DNA of 64,000 nucleotides from NCBI GenBank assembly GCA_976226885.1, contig OZ320323.1:24242001-24306000 (forward strand), read 5' to 3'. Below are positions 26,756 through 39,039 of the stretch, one piece after another. Every line of letters begins with the position of its first letter. Within the stretch, counting starts at the first letter, position 1. Source of the DNA: Iphione sp. A-MEVVRFRX5. Taxonomy: Eukaryota. The notes under the pieces were generated by a model, which was not told the DNA's origin, made no database searches, and saw nothing but the letters and a program-made list of their open reading frames with translations. A program made the translations under genes and the position numbers.

Positions 26756-27838
26756 TCAATCTGAGTAAAACTGTCGCCTGAAATGTTGTTCTTTAGCTTT
26801 CTCCTTGCTGAGCTGTTTCTTTCTCTGCTTCTTGCTCAGTGTTGATGTTTTCATTCGTCTTTCTTTCTGCGGTCTTTTCACTGCTGCGGTGTCCTTGGCA
26901 CTGAAGTGAGTGACCTTGGGCTTGGTGGCCTGCTCATCCTCATGTCCAATACCTTTCCGGTTCCGTTTTAAGACAGTCTTCACTGGAAACTTTCGACCTT
27001 GACCCTCTGACCCCAGACCTTTGTCTGGTTCCCATCCGCCCCTGATCATCATTTGGAACCCCTTATTTGCTGGGTGTAGATAGTAATGTGTTGTTGCTGG
27101 TTTCTTTTTAGCATTGAAGAGATGGATCATGGAAGTTCTGTGTGCCTCCGGTGTGGTCTGAGTGAAGTCCTGCTGACACAAGTCACACCGAAACTTCTGG
27201 TGGGCCTCTCCCTGCATGCCTACCGTACCTCCCATGTCAGCGGGCAAAGACTGTCCCTCCAGTAAACGTTCTAAGAGTCTTTTAACGGCACGGTTCTTGG
27301 CCAAAGTGACTGCCGTTTGCCCACTCTTATTAACAGCGTCTATACTGGCCCCTGCATCTGCAAGCCATGTGACTGCATCCACGTGACCGGAATGCGATGC
27401 ACACATGAGTGGTGTCCACCCGAAGTCGTCAGCGCAATTCACGTTGATGCCTGTAAACTTGGATGACTGCATTTCCTTCACTTCACCTTCCTGAGCATGC
27501 CTCATGAAGGCATTTTGTAGTCTTTTTAAAAGCCTTGAATCTTTGGCAGGTGGTAAATCACTCGAGGAACGCATTAATGATTTGCGCCTTGCATGGTGCC
27601 TGTCCCTCGTGGGCGACATGGTACCATCTTTTCTTACACCTCGTTCTTCTTTGGTGCATTCTGAGCTCTCCTGTAAATCTGGATCTGAGAGGCCGACTAG
27701 CTCATCATAAAAAGATTTTATTTCTGTTCCACTTGCAGCAACATTCAGTCTGCCCCCTTTTGGCCTAGTCTGACGGCTGGGGGTTGTGTCCAACGAGCTA
27801 GCTCTCACAAAGCGTTTATAATGCGGCATACTGTGCAT
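26756..27838 (-). CDS. GPANK1: G patch domain and ankyrin repeat-containing protein 1, 360 aa, single coding exon
   Basis: Ankyrin repeats (DDFGWTPLMCASHSGH), a Cys-containing CDLCQQDF..HRTSMIH segment, a G-patch (GFQMMIRGGWEPDKGLGSEGQGRKFPVKTVLKRNRKGIG) and PKVTHF. An acceptor at 27869-27870 lies 30 nt upstream of the ATG. Confidence 0.95.
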   Translation of the reverse strand: MHSMPHYKRFVRASSLDTTPSRQTRPKGGRLNVAASGTEIKSFYDELVGLSDPDLQESSECTKEERGVRKDGTMSPTRDRHHARRKSLMRSSSDLPPAKDSRLLKRLQNAFMRHAQEGEVKEMQSSKFTGINVNCADDFGWTPLMCASHSGHVDAVTWLADAGASIDAVNKSGQTAVTLAKNRAVKRLLERLLEGQSLPADMGGTVGMQGEAHQKFRCDLCQQDFTQTTPEAHRTSMIHLFNAKKKPATTHYYLHPANKGFQMMIRGGWEPDKGLGSEGQGRKFPVKTVLKRNRKGIGHEDEQATKPKVTHFSAKDTAAVKRPQKERRMKTSTLSKKQRKKQLSKEKAKEQHFRRQFYSD

Positions 27839-30499
27839 CAGTCTAACCGCAAGAGTCTGGTCATATACCTGGAAAGAAAATCACCGACTGTGACTCACAG
27901 AGATGGTAGAAAATTAAAGGTTTTAGGTAGGAAGCACTTGAATATTGTATAAAAACTTCACATGATAATTTGTGTTGGAAGGAATTTCTATTTAATGACT
28001 CAGGATAACACCCCTGAGGTGCCAGAATACTCCACTTACTACTGCATAAAAATATACATTACTGTGGCAAGAAAACAAAATATACACATACACTCTCATC
28101 TATTAACATGTAAACAACTGTTGATCACCTTGGATACTGCATATTATATGATGCCTGATGAGCCACAATAGGCGAATCATTGAGAATTGCATATATGACG
28201 TGCTTATGACGAATATATCATGAGATATACGCTGATTGACAAGCAACAGACTGGAAAAACAACAATTCTCAATCACTATATAGTGGCAGTCATGGGAACT
28301 ATCAACACGAAGAACTTCCATGACCCTTGCAATTCCAATGGTAGTTGCAGGTGGAAGTATTGAACCTGAATAACCAGTGCAGCATCAGCCTGGTACAGTT
28401 CGTTTGCCAAATTTGTACTACACACGATAATGACTCACAGAGAACTTGAGAGGTCTATGGTCCCCATCTTGCTGTACACTAAAATGGAACAGACTATACC
28501 ATAGCTCCATCCTCTCACTAATGGGCTAAATGTTTTCCTTCTTTTCGCCTACAGCAAAATACATCACTGTTTGTCATTCAATGAATTAGCCATTTGTCAT
28601 TGAATCCGAGTTGTGGTTCCTTTCAACAACTATTTACCAAAATAAACCAATAGCAAGCAGAAAGGTGGTAAAATATAATACAAAATGCTGAATACTTTGG
28701 TCTTGAGGCTTGCAGTAATCCAAACTTTTCTATGCCTTTGTCACTCCCAACTAACAGCAAGCAAGGAAGACCGGGAAAGAAGGGCAGGGCACGCAACTAT
28801 TCCATAACCAAAGACACCTGATCAACCTTTCTTAAGGGGTCAAGGTCGTTGTGAAAGTTCTGTATTCATACTCTATACTGTAACCTGTGAACATATTTTC
28901 ACGCCTTTTCTTCTCTTGCAAACAAAAAATCTGGAGGCTGACTGAAGCACTACAGTGCAAAATACTGGTACAATTAAAAAAACCTCACAGATGTATGCGA
29001 TGATGCGGCAATGCCTCGCTTACTTATCATTTACTAAGTCATTTGCCCAGTACAAAAACTGATGTTTATAACACATTCCTAACACATCATTTATAGAGAT
29101 TGGGGTTGATGCCTCTCATTCCACTGAAACCTGAAGTTGTTATTCACTGGCGAAAGAGGTAGAGGTGAAGATATTAAAACTGCATGTCAACATGGAGTGA
29201 GTGAGGCACTGATGATAAAGTAATTACTACAACTACCTGTATTTAGTTCCTCACTGTCAGATATACTGACTGACAGTGAAACATCAACTTGAAGAGATTT
29301 AGTATAGAACATATTGACCATCTACTCTTTGAGGGTCGAAATTTTAACAAGGATGGTACTACAAGTTATAAAGGTAAAGCCTTAGGCCCGGTTTCCATAT
29401 CTGCAGCTGTGTCCAGGAATGTTGCAGTGCATTGTTGTGCGTATTTTTAGAACAGCTTGAAACCACTGGGAGGTGCTCCATAAGTGTGTTGTCTGGGTGC
29501 ATTGCAGTGTGTTCAGGTGCACTGTCTCATTTTCAAACACCGCCCAAAAATGAGCTGATCGCGAACAGTTGAAAAAACGTGTCATGTAGATGTACCGTTT
29601 ACTAGCTGTGACATCATAATGAGAATCGACCAATAGCATTGTTTACTTTTTGGACAATGTCACAATTTGGTACAAGGTACGTCCACAGCACCTGTTTCTT
29701 CAACGTTCAGTGATCAGCTCATTTTAAGAAAACCCTCACCAATGCATGAGCATATGGCAGATAAAATTTGTATAATGTAAGGATAATTAAGTGAACCTAT
29801 GTTAGATGAACTAAAAACATAATTACTACACATATCTCCACATTGCTAAACACTTCCTTGTTTCCGTATTAAATTCACCGGCTTAAGCACTTTTCCTCCA
29901 TCAAATGCACTGGTTTTAGCACTATCTGGCCCCCCAGTGGAGTATATGGACTCTTCTGCTCACACCAGAGGGTGCAGCAGAACGTGACCCAGTTACGCAC
30001 TGCCTCGACGCCAGTGACAGTCTGCACTGAACACTACCTAAAAAACCCTTACTTTCCACAGCTGTAACTCAGTCAGCTCTGCACAGAAATCTCTGATACT
30101 TTGAGCAAATAATGTTTAATATGTTACCTATACATACACTAAACAATTTCTTCCTAGCTTCCATAGTTTTTTTATAGTGGCCTGAGAAACATCCCCTTTT
30201 ATCTTCAGTTTACCAGACCTGCCATGTGTGCTTTGTTTGTAGAACCACAGCTTTGGCACTCTGTGCACTCATTGGCTATATCTAGATCACTGGCAAAATA
30301 TGCCTTATTGTATCAGGCTCAGAGAAAGGGTCCACTGAGAGATAGAACCACTTACACACCAATTCACATGGGTCCACACCCCAGGCTTCAACTCTCAGTA
30401 TGGGAGAACGCAGAGCTACCTCACAGTCACACCCCTGGGCAGTCATTGAGTCAAGCAGAACTGCTGAATACAACCACTGTAGGCTTTGTCTACTGCCCA

Positions 30500-31444
30500 T
30501 AGATATATATGTATAGTTGTGTGTAATAGATGCATACATGGATATGTGTAGATATGTGTGTAGTTGTGTGTATAGATGTGCATATGGTTGTGTATAGGTT
30601 CATGTGTCTTTGTATTGTCAATAGATATGTGTGTAGTTGTGTGTATAGATGTGTGTACAGATGTGTGTTGGTTTGTGTCTTTATACTGGCTATAGATTTG
30701 TGTGTAGTTGTGTGTATAGATTTGTGCATGGGTGTGTGTATGAATGTGTGTAGGTATATGCACCTTTAGATAATTATGTATGGAGTTGTGTGTATAGATG
30801 TGTGTTTGGATGTGTATAGGTGTATGTGCCTAGGTATTGTATATAGATATGTGTAGTTTTGTATACAGATGTGTGCATAGATGTGTATGAGTTAATGTGC
30901 CTGTGTATTATCTATAGATATGTGTGTAGTTGTACACATAGATATGTGTACATAGATGTGTATGGGTGTATGTGTCTGTGTAATGTCTATATATATGTGT
31001 GTGTAGTGTGTAAAGATGTGTATGGATTTGTACAGGTGTATGTGTGTTCTAGCTATCCGAGTATTTGTGCATATAGATATGTGTATAGATTTTAAAAATG
31101 ATTTTTATAGATATGTGTATAGATGTGTATAGGTGTATGTGCCTGTGTATTGCCTATAGATATGTGTGTAATTGTGTGTATAGATGTCTGGATGTGTGTA
31201 GGTGTATGTGTCTTGGTGTTTGTATGAATTTATGTATGCATCTATATGTGAGTTTGTGGTTGTATGTTTGTGTCTAGGTTTGTTAAGATATGTGTATGAA
31301 AGTGTGTAGGTGTATGTGTACAAGTGCATGTATAATTGTGCATGTACATTTATGTATAGTTATGTGTTTGTGGCAGTGTGTCTCTGTCTCTCTCAGCATC
31401 TATTTCTATGTGTGTGTGTGTGTGTGTGTGTGTCTCTCTCTCTC
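30500..31444. repeat. TGTGTATAGA-type minisatellite ending in (TG)n(TC)n
   Basis: Degenerate tandem repeats directly left of the LTR element. Confidence 0.85.
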
Positions 31445-31491
31445 ACCAACGTATTGTTACCATACTATCTGAAGGAGTATGCATCTGTAAA

Positions 31492-34086
31492 TTTGAGATC
31501 TAAGTGACACCACTGCTTCTTCTTCAAAAATGATGATATGTGGTGATATGACTACCTCCTCTTCTTCTGTCCTCTTCTCAGGGGACAGTATAGATATGAA
31601 GGTAGGGGCAGGCTCAAGGACTTGTAGGGGAGTAGAGTGAGAGTGTCCTTTTACCTGTCCAAATGATCTCACGGGATCTACCTGTTTCAGGTGTCAAAAT
31701 GATGTCCTCTTCTTTCTGGCTCTTCTAATAAAGTCTTTCTTGATGTATTAAGAACTGAGTCTTGATATTCTTATAAGTATTTTAGAGATAGTTTGCTTTG
31801 GTTAGGTGACAGATAAATATGCTCTTCCTGAGTCCTTCTTCTTTTAACTGAATGATGTTATCTCATAGAATATCTAAATGTTCAGTTCTTGTAGGTGTAT
31901 ATAAAAGCCAGTAAATTGATGCATTTAAACTGTAATATATTTATTGGAGAATAGCACACAAGGGGTGACTACCTCCCTTCTGACAGCAGTAATGTATATA
32001 CAGTGTGGCAGAGTCACCAAAGTCAATGTGATACACCTGTAGTTTAGGTAATATGTAGCCTAGCAGGGGAAATATAGTCTGTCATAAACCAGCACTTCAC
32101 CAAAATGTCCAGTAGTTTCAACCAATATTGCAATGGAAGTGGTAACAGCAGTTCAACCAGTTTGTCCAGCAGTTTCAATATGGCAACGGTCAATAATGGT
32201 GGCAAACAGAGTTTTCAGTAACATGCAAACTAAAGTGTAGTTTCTACCTTCAAAATGCTTGTCCTGAGTGTCAGGGGTCCTAGGCTGGCAAGGTTCCTGG
32301 GCTGGAGACTGGTCCTGGTGGTGTTGCTGGTCTGACTCCCTCTGCCTGACTGATTTGTTTGGGGAAAGGGGGCTGCTTATAAGCACAGCTGGTCTCCAGG
32401 GTCCCTGGGGTTTGTTTGGCTCCATAGCTACAATGGTTAAGGCCCCTCACTCATGCCTGGGAGCTGACAGGGGAAGGAGGGCTGAAGGTGAGTGCTGTAT
32501 ACTACCTTGAATTTCTTATTTTATTTTGCAAAATGTGTATATTATTTGACTGCAAATGTTGTTGAGGGACTGCAGGTAAGTGCTGTAAATGTTTTTAGTC
32601 CACCAAACTGTGTTTTTGAGACTTATTCTGGATGTAGGGCTGAGTATATTATTGTGCTGTATATATGGGTCCCCCTGGGCTATAGGCACTGGAACCTGAC
32701 CTAGGAGGTGTACTCTGGGCAATAGGTTTTAGAACCAAAACTGGTGTTTCATCCATGTTAAAGCCATGTTTACCAGGGTTGCATTAAGGTGAATAATTTG
32801 TCAAACTTTTCTAAAATGTTTTTCTGGTTGAAATGAGTATTGTTTTTGTCAGGCTGTATATGTGGGTTCCCCTAGGCTATAGGCACTGGGACCTGACCTG
32901 GAAGGTGTACCCTGGGCTATAGGTTTTAGAGCCCAAACTGGAATTTTATTCATGTTGAAGTCATGTTTGTTAAGGTTGTATTAAGGTGAATGTTTTGTCA
33001 AACCTTTTTAAAATGCTTTCTTGTTGAAATGAGTGTTGTGTACTGTGTATCTGGGTCAATCCCTGGGGCTACCCTAGGCTGGAAGCTTGCTAAAACCTGA
33101 AGTAGGGTTTCTCTCATATTAGAACCAGGTTTTACTCTTGTTGTAGTAAGGTGAATATTTTGCTTTGACCATCTAAAATATTCTTCATGTTGGTATTTAG
33201 AATAATAATGGTTTTATTTTTGCCTGGCTGTCAAGAAAGGAAACTAGTTGGTTTGGGGTCTAAATACAGAATTTGGTCTACACTTGTATTTCCCTCTTTT
33301 TGATGTATATGTATATATTCTGATCATGGTCATATGTGTAGTATTTAAGTTTTTGTACATTGCTTTCTTGACATATGTTCTTTACTATATTTAATGTAAA
33401 GGGAGGAAGGGTATTGTTTTGGGTCAGGCTTGGTGGACATGTCTGGGCATGCAAAACAGGAAGTCACTTCAGGGGACACAGGAAGTCACTTCAGGGAGGC
33501 AGGGTTTGAGGCTAGTTTGTATTGGTGACCAATCACAGGGGGTCTTGCTTGGGAGGTAGGGCCTGGGGCTTGCCTATTGTTCCTTCCAGCTGGGTCCACT
33601 GAGGTAAGCTCCTTAGCTGGTTGCAAAGGGTACCACTGTGAAAGCAGCTTTAGAAAGCTCCCTTTAGCTAGTTCCATTGAGGCAAACTACTTAACTGGCT
33701 GTTAAAGCTTTTCTCAATAGATGTAGCTCAAGGCCTGAATAGACCTGCATGCAAAGGTCTTTTATTCAAGGCTTTTTGTTTAAAGGGAATTAGGCTTTAC
33801 TTCTTTTATATTGAATACTCCATTTGCCATTGACATTTTACAAGAAATACTGAAACTCCTTCATAAAATACACTTTCATATATATCAACATTCACATTCA
33901 TCTATAACTGTACTTTGAAACTGCATATAAAATATATTCCTATTTATCTTTACACTGTGTTGCCACTATTGTAATTAATGTATATGTTTGAATCATTTCA
34001 TACATATCAATCATAGGTACATACATTATCATATGCAATGAAAACTGAATCAGACATGAATATTTCTGAGGGTCCATAATCTAACA
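31492..34086 (-). repeat. 3' LTR (2595 bp)
   Basis: Direct repeat of 50231-52825. No differences were found in the blocks compared by eye, and the ORF track is duplicated exactly. It contains a ~195-bp imperfect triplication (32657-33190) and tandem CAGGAAGT sites (33457-33490). Confidence 0.97.
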
Positions 34087-34094
34087 CTCTCCTC
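34087..34094 (-). other. Polypurine tract
   Basis: GAGGAGAG immediately precedes the TG of the 3' LTR on the - strand. Confidence 0.7.
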
Positions 34095-34620
34095 AGCAAA
34101 GAAAAAGACTGTGTTGCCACTACACAGAGTAATTATAGAAGTATACAGCGTAAACCAATATACCTGCTGCCAGAAGGTAGTCATATAGGTAACACCAGGT
34201 AATACAGATTACAAAGATATGGTTGTACACGCAATGTCACTAAACAAGACCAGAAATACATAATACAATCCAAAATTACATGTGATATACAATATTTAAC
34301 CCAGAATAAAGAACAAATGAATACAAATACAGTAGACATTCAATGATACAGGGGCCCAAGATTTTAGTACATAAAAAGTAAGACATACACATAAGTATTC
34401 ATCAAGGTGTGTTCCAATCAGGTATTATCTACATCAGGTAGGTCATGGCAAGTAGCCATGATTCAGTCAAGTCCAAGTCATCATACTCAAATCATAATCA
34501 GTACTCGTAGTCCATAGGTAATACATCATCAGGTACAAGTGATTGTTGACTGCATCAGTCAGGTGATTCAAAGGTGATTGTCCTTGTAAGGTGTCAGTAT
34601 CCATTCTCAGGTTACATTAT

Positions 34621-37323
34621 TTAAACATCGGTAAGAGTCTCTGTTGAGTCAGCATACTTAGAGCTGAAGATGGATATGGCTTTGTTCTGTTGACGCTGTG
34701 GTTTGACTGGAGTGATTGAGGCTGCTTCATCGATCACATCGGTAGTATCAAGTTTCGACAGTAGGTCATGATACGCAGGTGGGTAAGACATGACAGACTC
34801 CGGCTTCTTGTTGGTTGGATGGGCAGAGGTAGAAGGAGTAGGAGTTGGACAGATGGAAGAGTGAGACATCAGGGGAGGTAGGGCTGGATAAATACCATTT
34901 TGCAATTTATGGGCAAATCCTTGTTGGCCAAGGAGGATTGAATAATGGGCTAATTCTTTAACAGTTTGTTCAATAAGATGGATCTTGCGACCTCGCCATA
35001 GGGGTAGGACAATGGTGGGTGGAAGGGTAACTCTACGGGTGATCTGTCCATCAGTACGGTAAAGGGGGCTGGAGTACTCAAGATGAAGTGAGTAGGAGAA
35101 ACACTTCTTAACTAAATTAATAGAGGTTATCTTTGGGAGGTGGAATGAAGTAGAGGGTTCAGCGTTAGTCCTGAATTCATGGAGTAACAAAGTGGTGTGG
35201 TTACGTGAGGTGCCCAGCTTGAGTAAAACTTGGAATCCAGATAGAGATATCACTGGACCTGTTGCAGTTGATTTATGAGAACAATATTTAATTACAGCAC
35301 GCATGAATCTAAAGAGTGCCCAGATAATAAACATTACTGCAGCAACGGTGGAGATCGTGTCCAGATGAGTAACTGTAACAGTCAATGCTTGTGGAGTGGC
35401 AGTAGTCACCGATGGTTCTGTTGGTCCTAATATTATAGGTGCTGCATCTGATAACTGATTAAGAGTTATAAGGAACATTAATCTGTTTGTTTTAATGGAG
35501 AGATAAATGACAATGATAGTCAATATAATAGTCAGTGCAGAGTGAATGCTATTCCATATCCAAATAAATGGGGTGGCAATCTCATTGGCTTTGGTAGTTA
35601 GCCAAATTGGCCAATGTTTCATCTCAGCTTCACGTTTGATTGCTAGCTCTCTTGTTTTTGCGATATCCAGGGCCACAGATTTTAAATCTAGTCCTGTGTT
35701 TTCTGGAAGTACTTGTGACAGATTCAGGAGTGGAGACTCTGGTAGAGCTATGTTAAATAGGTAGGAGTTGTTATAAGTGGAAGTCGCGGTGAAGTCTGGG
35801 AGAGATAAGTTGAAGTAAGCTGCTACTGGAAGGTTAATTCCATGGAGTGGTACTTCTGCTTGTGACATACCACAGGAGGTAGTTGCTTCAACTTCATATG
35901 GTCCCACTGTAAGTGTACAGTTGCAGGGGAGCTTGTAGGTGCACAATGAGCAATCCAAGTTAGTTTTAATATTATCACATGTAGTATACACTAGATTAGG
36001 TCCAGCAGAGATTAAGAATGTATCATTTAGTGAGAACACAGATGGAGACATAGTTTTATTAGAGTGAACTGTAAAGGTACACTTTTCAGTTGCTAAATCA
36101 AATCTATCAAAGAAAGTGGTACTGGCACAAGTGCTAAGGGTCTTCTTATTAGTGGGTGGTAACTTCGAACATGAGAGGATATCTTTACCATGACATAGCG
36201 TCATGTCAGCTAAGGTTAGTTCAATGAAGGATTGTTGATCTGGGGCAATGGAGATGTAATCTGGCATACTTCTGTGTTGTGTATATCCATATGATATAGG
36301 CGTAGCAAATGGTGCTCTGAATGTATGAATTCTGTAAAAGTCATGTATGTCAGTGGTCTTGCCAATAGGTACGGATACATGCATGTATAAGTATCTCTCT
36401 GAATACATGAATTGGGTGACTGAATGTTCGTAATAAAAGGCTGGGTCCTGAACTAATATCTTATCATTACCTGTCAGTAAATTCTGTACTTTACGGAGTC
36501 CATACTTAACCTGATCTGGACTAACAAGTATACCAGGTAGTCGGCCAGCATGGAGATCATTCAATGCCAAACGGAAATGTAGGAAGCTATCTTTTATTCT
36601 GTGTAGTGCAGCGATCTTGAGAATCAGGGAATCAAGGTACACTTGTATGTCTAGGCTAAAATCAATGGCTTGTGACTGGTTGGTCACTGCAAATATAAGT
36701 TGTTTATTGAGTTCAGTAGTACGTCTAGAAAGTGCCAATATGGCTGCATCATGTGATCTCATTTGCTTTGATAGGGCCTGTACTGCGATGGAGGATGAGT
36801 TGGCGAGTGCAGATAGCTGTGTCTGCAAGCTAAGTACCGCAGAGGGGTTGACTGATGCTGCAACTGTGTCTATTCTCCGTGCAAGCATTCTGATGTCTTC
36901 CATGGTAGCTGTACCAAATAGATATTTAGATGCTTTACCTACAAAACCAAACCAAGATCTAGGTTTCCTACCTTGAGAATCCTTGGTGGGTTTTGAAAGA
37001 AGTGCAGTAAGATGTAAGTTTTCCTGTCCTACTTCATGAAATAATTTGACACACATGTCATGGGTGTTGTCGAGAAAAGATGTTAGTCGAAGACATGCGG
37101 CAGTATCCCTACAGGGAAGATTTACACTGAGCGGGGAAAGACTATAGGTTGCAGGAAAGGATTTGGGTCTGGGTGAGACAAATAATAGATCAACCTTCTT
37201 GCTGTTTGTCAGAAGTGGGGTAGGCAATTTCTCAAAATATACTCCCAAATTCTGCCTAAGGATAAAGGAGGACTGGGTAGGAGCAAAGAGTAAAAGAAGA
37301 ATAAGAAGAGTGATGCCCCTCAT
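34621..37323 (-). CDS. env: Envelope glycoprotein, class I fusion protein of the errantivirus env/baculovirus F type, 900 aa
   Basis: Signal peptide; furin site RKPR (36969-36958) followed by the fusion peptide SWFGFVGKASKYLFGTATMED; heptad region; Cys-rich ectodomain; TM segment. A strong acceptor (tttctccctttcatttattccag|) lies 6 nt before the ATG. Confidence 0.92.
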   Translation of the reverse strand: MRGITLLILLLLFAPTQSSFILRQNLGVYFEKLPTPLLTNSKKVDLLFVSPRPKSFPATYSLSPLSVNLPCRDTAACLRLTSFLDNTHDMCVKLFHEVGQENLHLTALLSKPTKDSQGRKPRSWFGFVGKASKYLFGTATMEDIRMLARRIDTVAASVNPSAVLSLQTQLSALANSSSIAVQALSKQMRSHDAAILALSRRTTELNKQLIFAVTNQSQAIDFSLDIQVYLDSLILKIAALHRIKDSFLHFRLALNDLHAGRLPGILVSPDQVKYGLRKVQNLLTGNDKILVQDPAFYYEHSVTQFMYSERYLYMHVSVPIGKTTDIHDFYRIHTFRAPFATPISYGYTQHRSMPDYISIAPDQQSFIELTLADMTLCHGKDILSCSKLPPTNKKTLSTCASTTFFDRFDLATEKCTFTVHSNKTMSPSVFSLNDTFLISAGPNLVYTTCDNIKTNLDCSLCTYKLPCNCTLTVGPYEVEATTSCGMSQAEVPLHGINLPVAAYFNLSLPDFTATSTYNNSYLFNIALPESPLLNLSQVLPENTGLDLKSVALDIAKTRELAIKREAEMKHWPIWLTTKANEIATPFIWIWNSIHSALTIILTIIVIYLSIKTNRLMFLITLNQLSDAAPIILGPTEPSVTTATPQALTVTVTHLDTISTVAAVMFIIWALFRFMRAVIKYCSHKSTATGPVISLSGFQVLLKLGTSRNHTTLLLHEFRTNAEPSTSFHLPKITSINLVKKCFSYSLHLEYSSPLYRTDGQITRRVTLPPTIVLPLWRGRKIHLIEQTVKELAHYSILLGQQGFAHKLQNGIYPALPPLMSHSSICPTPTPSTSAHPTNKKPESVMSYPPAYHDLLSKLDTTDVIDEAASITPVKPQRQQNKAISIFSSKYADSTETLTDV

Positions 37324-37638
37324 ATTGATCTGGAATAAATGAAAGGGAGAAATTGAAGAGTGCTTATGGATATATGGCTTCTCCGGTCCTTTTATTAATG
37401 TTATGACTGTAGGTATCTTGGTATTGAGAATTCTATATCTAGCTATAATATATTGCCATCATACATGGAGTATGGTGTCTATAAAGCGACTTGCACTGTA
37501 GAGATCATTTGAATAGTATGCTGATAATTATGTCTTTTTTTGTTGACTAACGTGAATAGACTGCAAGGGATAGTTATGCTTTGCTACTGATTATGGGAGA
37601 ATCATATAAATAACATAAGGTGGACATGAAAATGATAT

Positions 37639-37929
37639 TTATTTAGTGTTGCAAACTATAATATACATAATATCTTCTTCGTCATCGTCAGGAATCTCTA
37701 TTATTTCTATACTGTCTCTATTTGAAGTCATAATGGGTGCATTTTTGTCTGCAGCCTCCTTGTCATCTGACTCAGTAATGATAACAGGATTATCCTGTGT
37801 TCCTTCTCCCTCATGGCGCACCTGGCTGCGGAGAATGGGAGTGATATCAAAGTTGTCAAAGACATCATCATCCTCTTGTTCTCTGTCATCAATGGTCAGG
37901 TCACTGCACTCACTCCAGTCGCTGTCCAT
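37639..37929 (-). CDS. Accessory ORF B, 96-aa acidic protein with several SIM-like motifs
   Basis: Intact ORF with its own splice acceptor (cattctacag| at ~37946) 16 nt upstream of the ATG. Motifs DLTIDD, PVIITESDD and IEIIEIPDDDEED. Confidence 0.65.
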   Translation of the reverse strand: MDSDWSECSDLTIDDREQEDDDVFDNFDITPILRSQVRHEGEGTQDNPVIITESDDKEAADKNAPIMTSNRDSIEIIEIPDDDEEDIMYIIVCNTK

Positions 37930-39039
37930 GATGTACTGGTTTTAGCTGTAGAATGAGTGTAATGGGTGGATGGATAAGTGAATACTGCCAATTGGCAAAA
38001 AGGAAAAAAAACTATCTTTCTGTAAATCCAAATGTTTCATAGGAAAATATGCTTAAAGAGAGTCATAATTCATATAAAGTTGGTGGATAGTAATAAGATC
38101 ATAAGATTGTTGGCAATTATTAAAACTGCTGACAAGGTTGAACTGCTGGACAAGTTGTGGGTGGCTACAGGTGAATGAATTCCTGCTGCCTAGTGAAAGT
38201 GGCAAAGACAACCCTACTGTAGATCCAGTTGACAGATTGATAAGTGTGGGCATAGAACAACCACTTAACGTGGTGAACCTTCAAAATGCAGCTACAAGGT
38301 TGTATTCTATATTAAATGAGAGTTCCTGATCCGCTTTTTCCATCATACAATTGATAGTACTGTAGAGTGAACATGAGAGTGGCTATAGTCAGTTAAATAT
38401 TGCTGATCGGAATAGTGGCAGAATGCTCTTTATGGCATGGTTGCCAGGGTGGATAATACTGATTAAATGGAACCTTACAATGCTGCTATAGGGGCGCATC
38501 TTATATCAAATAAAAGGTCTTGATCTGCTGAACATGTCTGTACCCTTATGTAGTGTTTAGGATGCAAATTGTAGCGTGTAGAGGGATTTGAATATCACTG
38601 ATCGGAAAAGCGGTGGCTGATTTATGTGGGTTAATTGTCACAAACCAGATTTTCTTTAGGGCCAACATATAGCCAAGTATCAAACCTTAATATTGGTCGT
38701 AGAGGGTCATATTTTATATCAAAAGGAAACTCTTGGCCTGCTTATTACATTGCTGTCATTAACACCATGATATCATACAGATTGTCGGCGGTAGGAAGGG
38801 TTAAATATCGCTGATCGGTAAAAGCGGCAGTGTAATTTCCTATGTTCACCTGTGGTAAGTATAAAAAAATGGATAGGAGTACTACATGTGTATAAGGCTC
38901 AGAATGTAGCTATGTGGACGTATTAGATATCAAATTAAAGCTCTATATCTGCCTTTTACGTTGATGTGATCTGTGTGATTGTAAGTTGAGTAGTGTGGCC
39001 GGTACAGCAAGTAGAAGATCGCCGACCGGCAAAGCGGCA

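Noticed and set aside
30443-31507. ORFs in the TGTGTATAGA minisatellite
   Set aside because: Repeat-derived and open on both strands.
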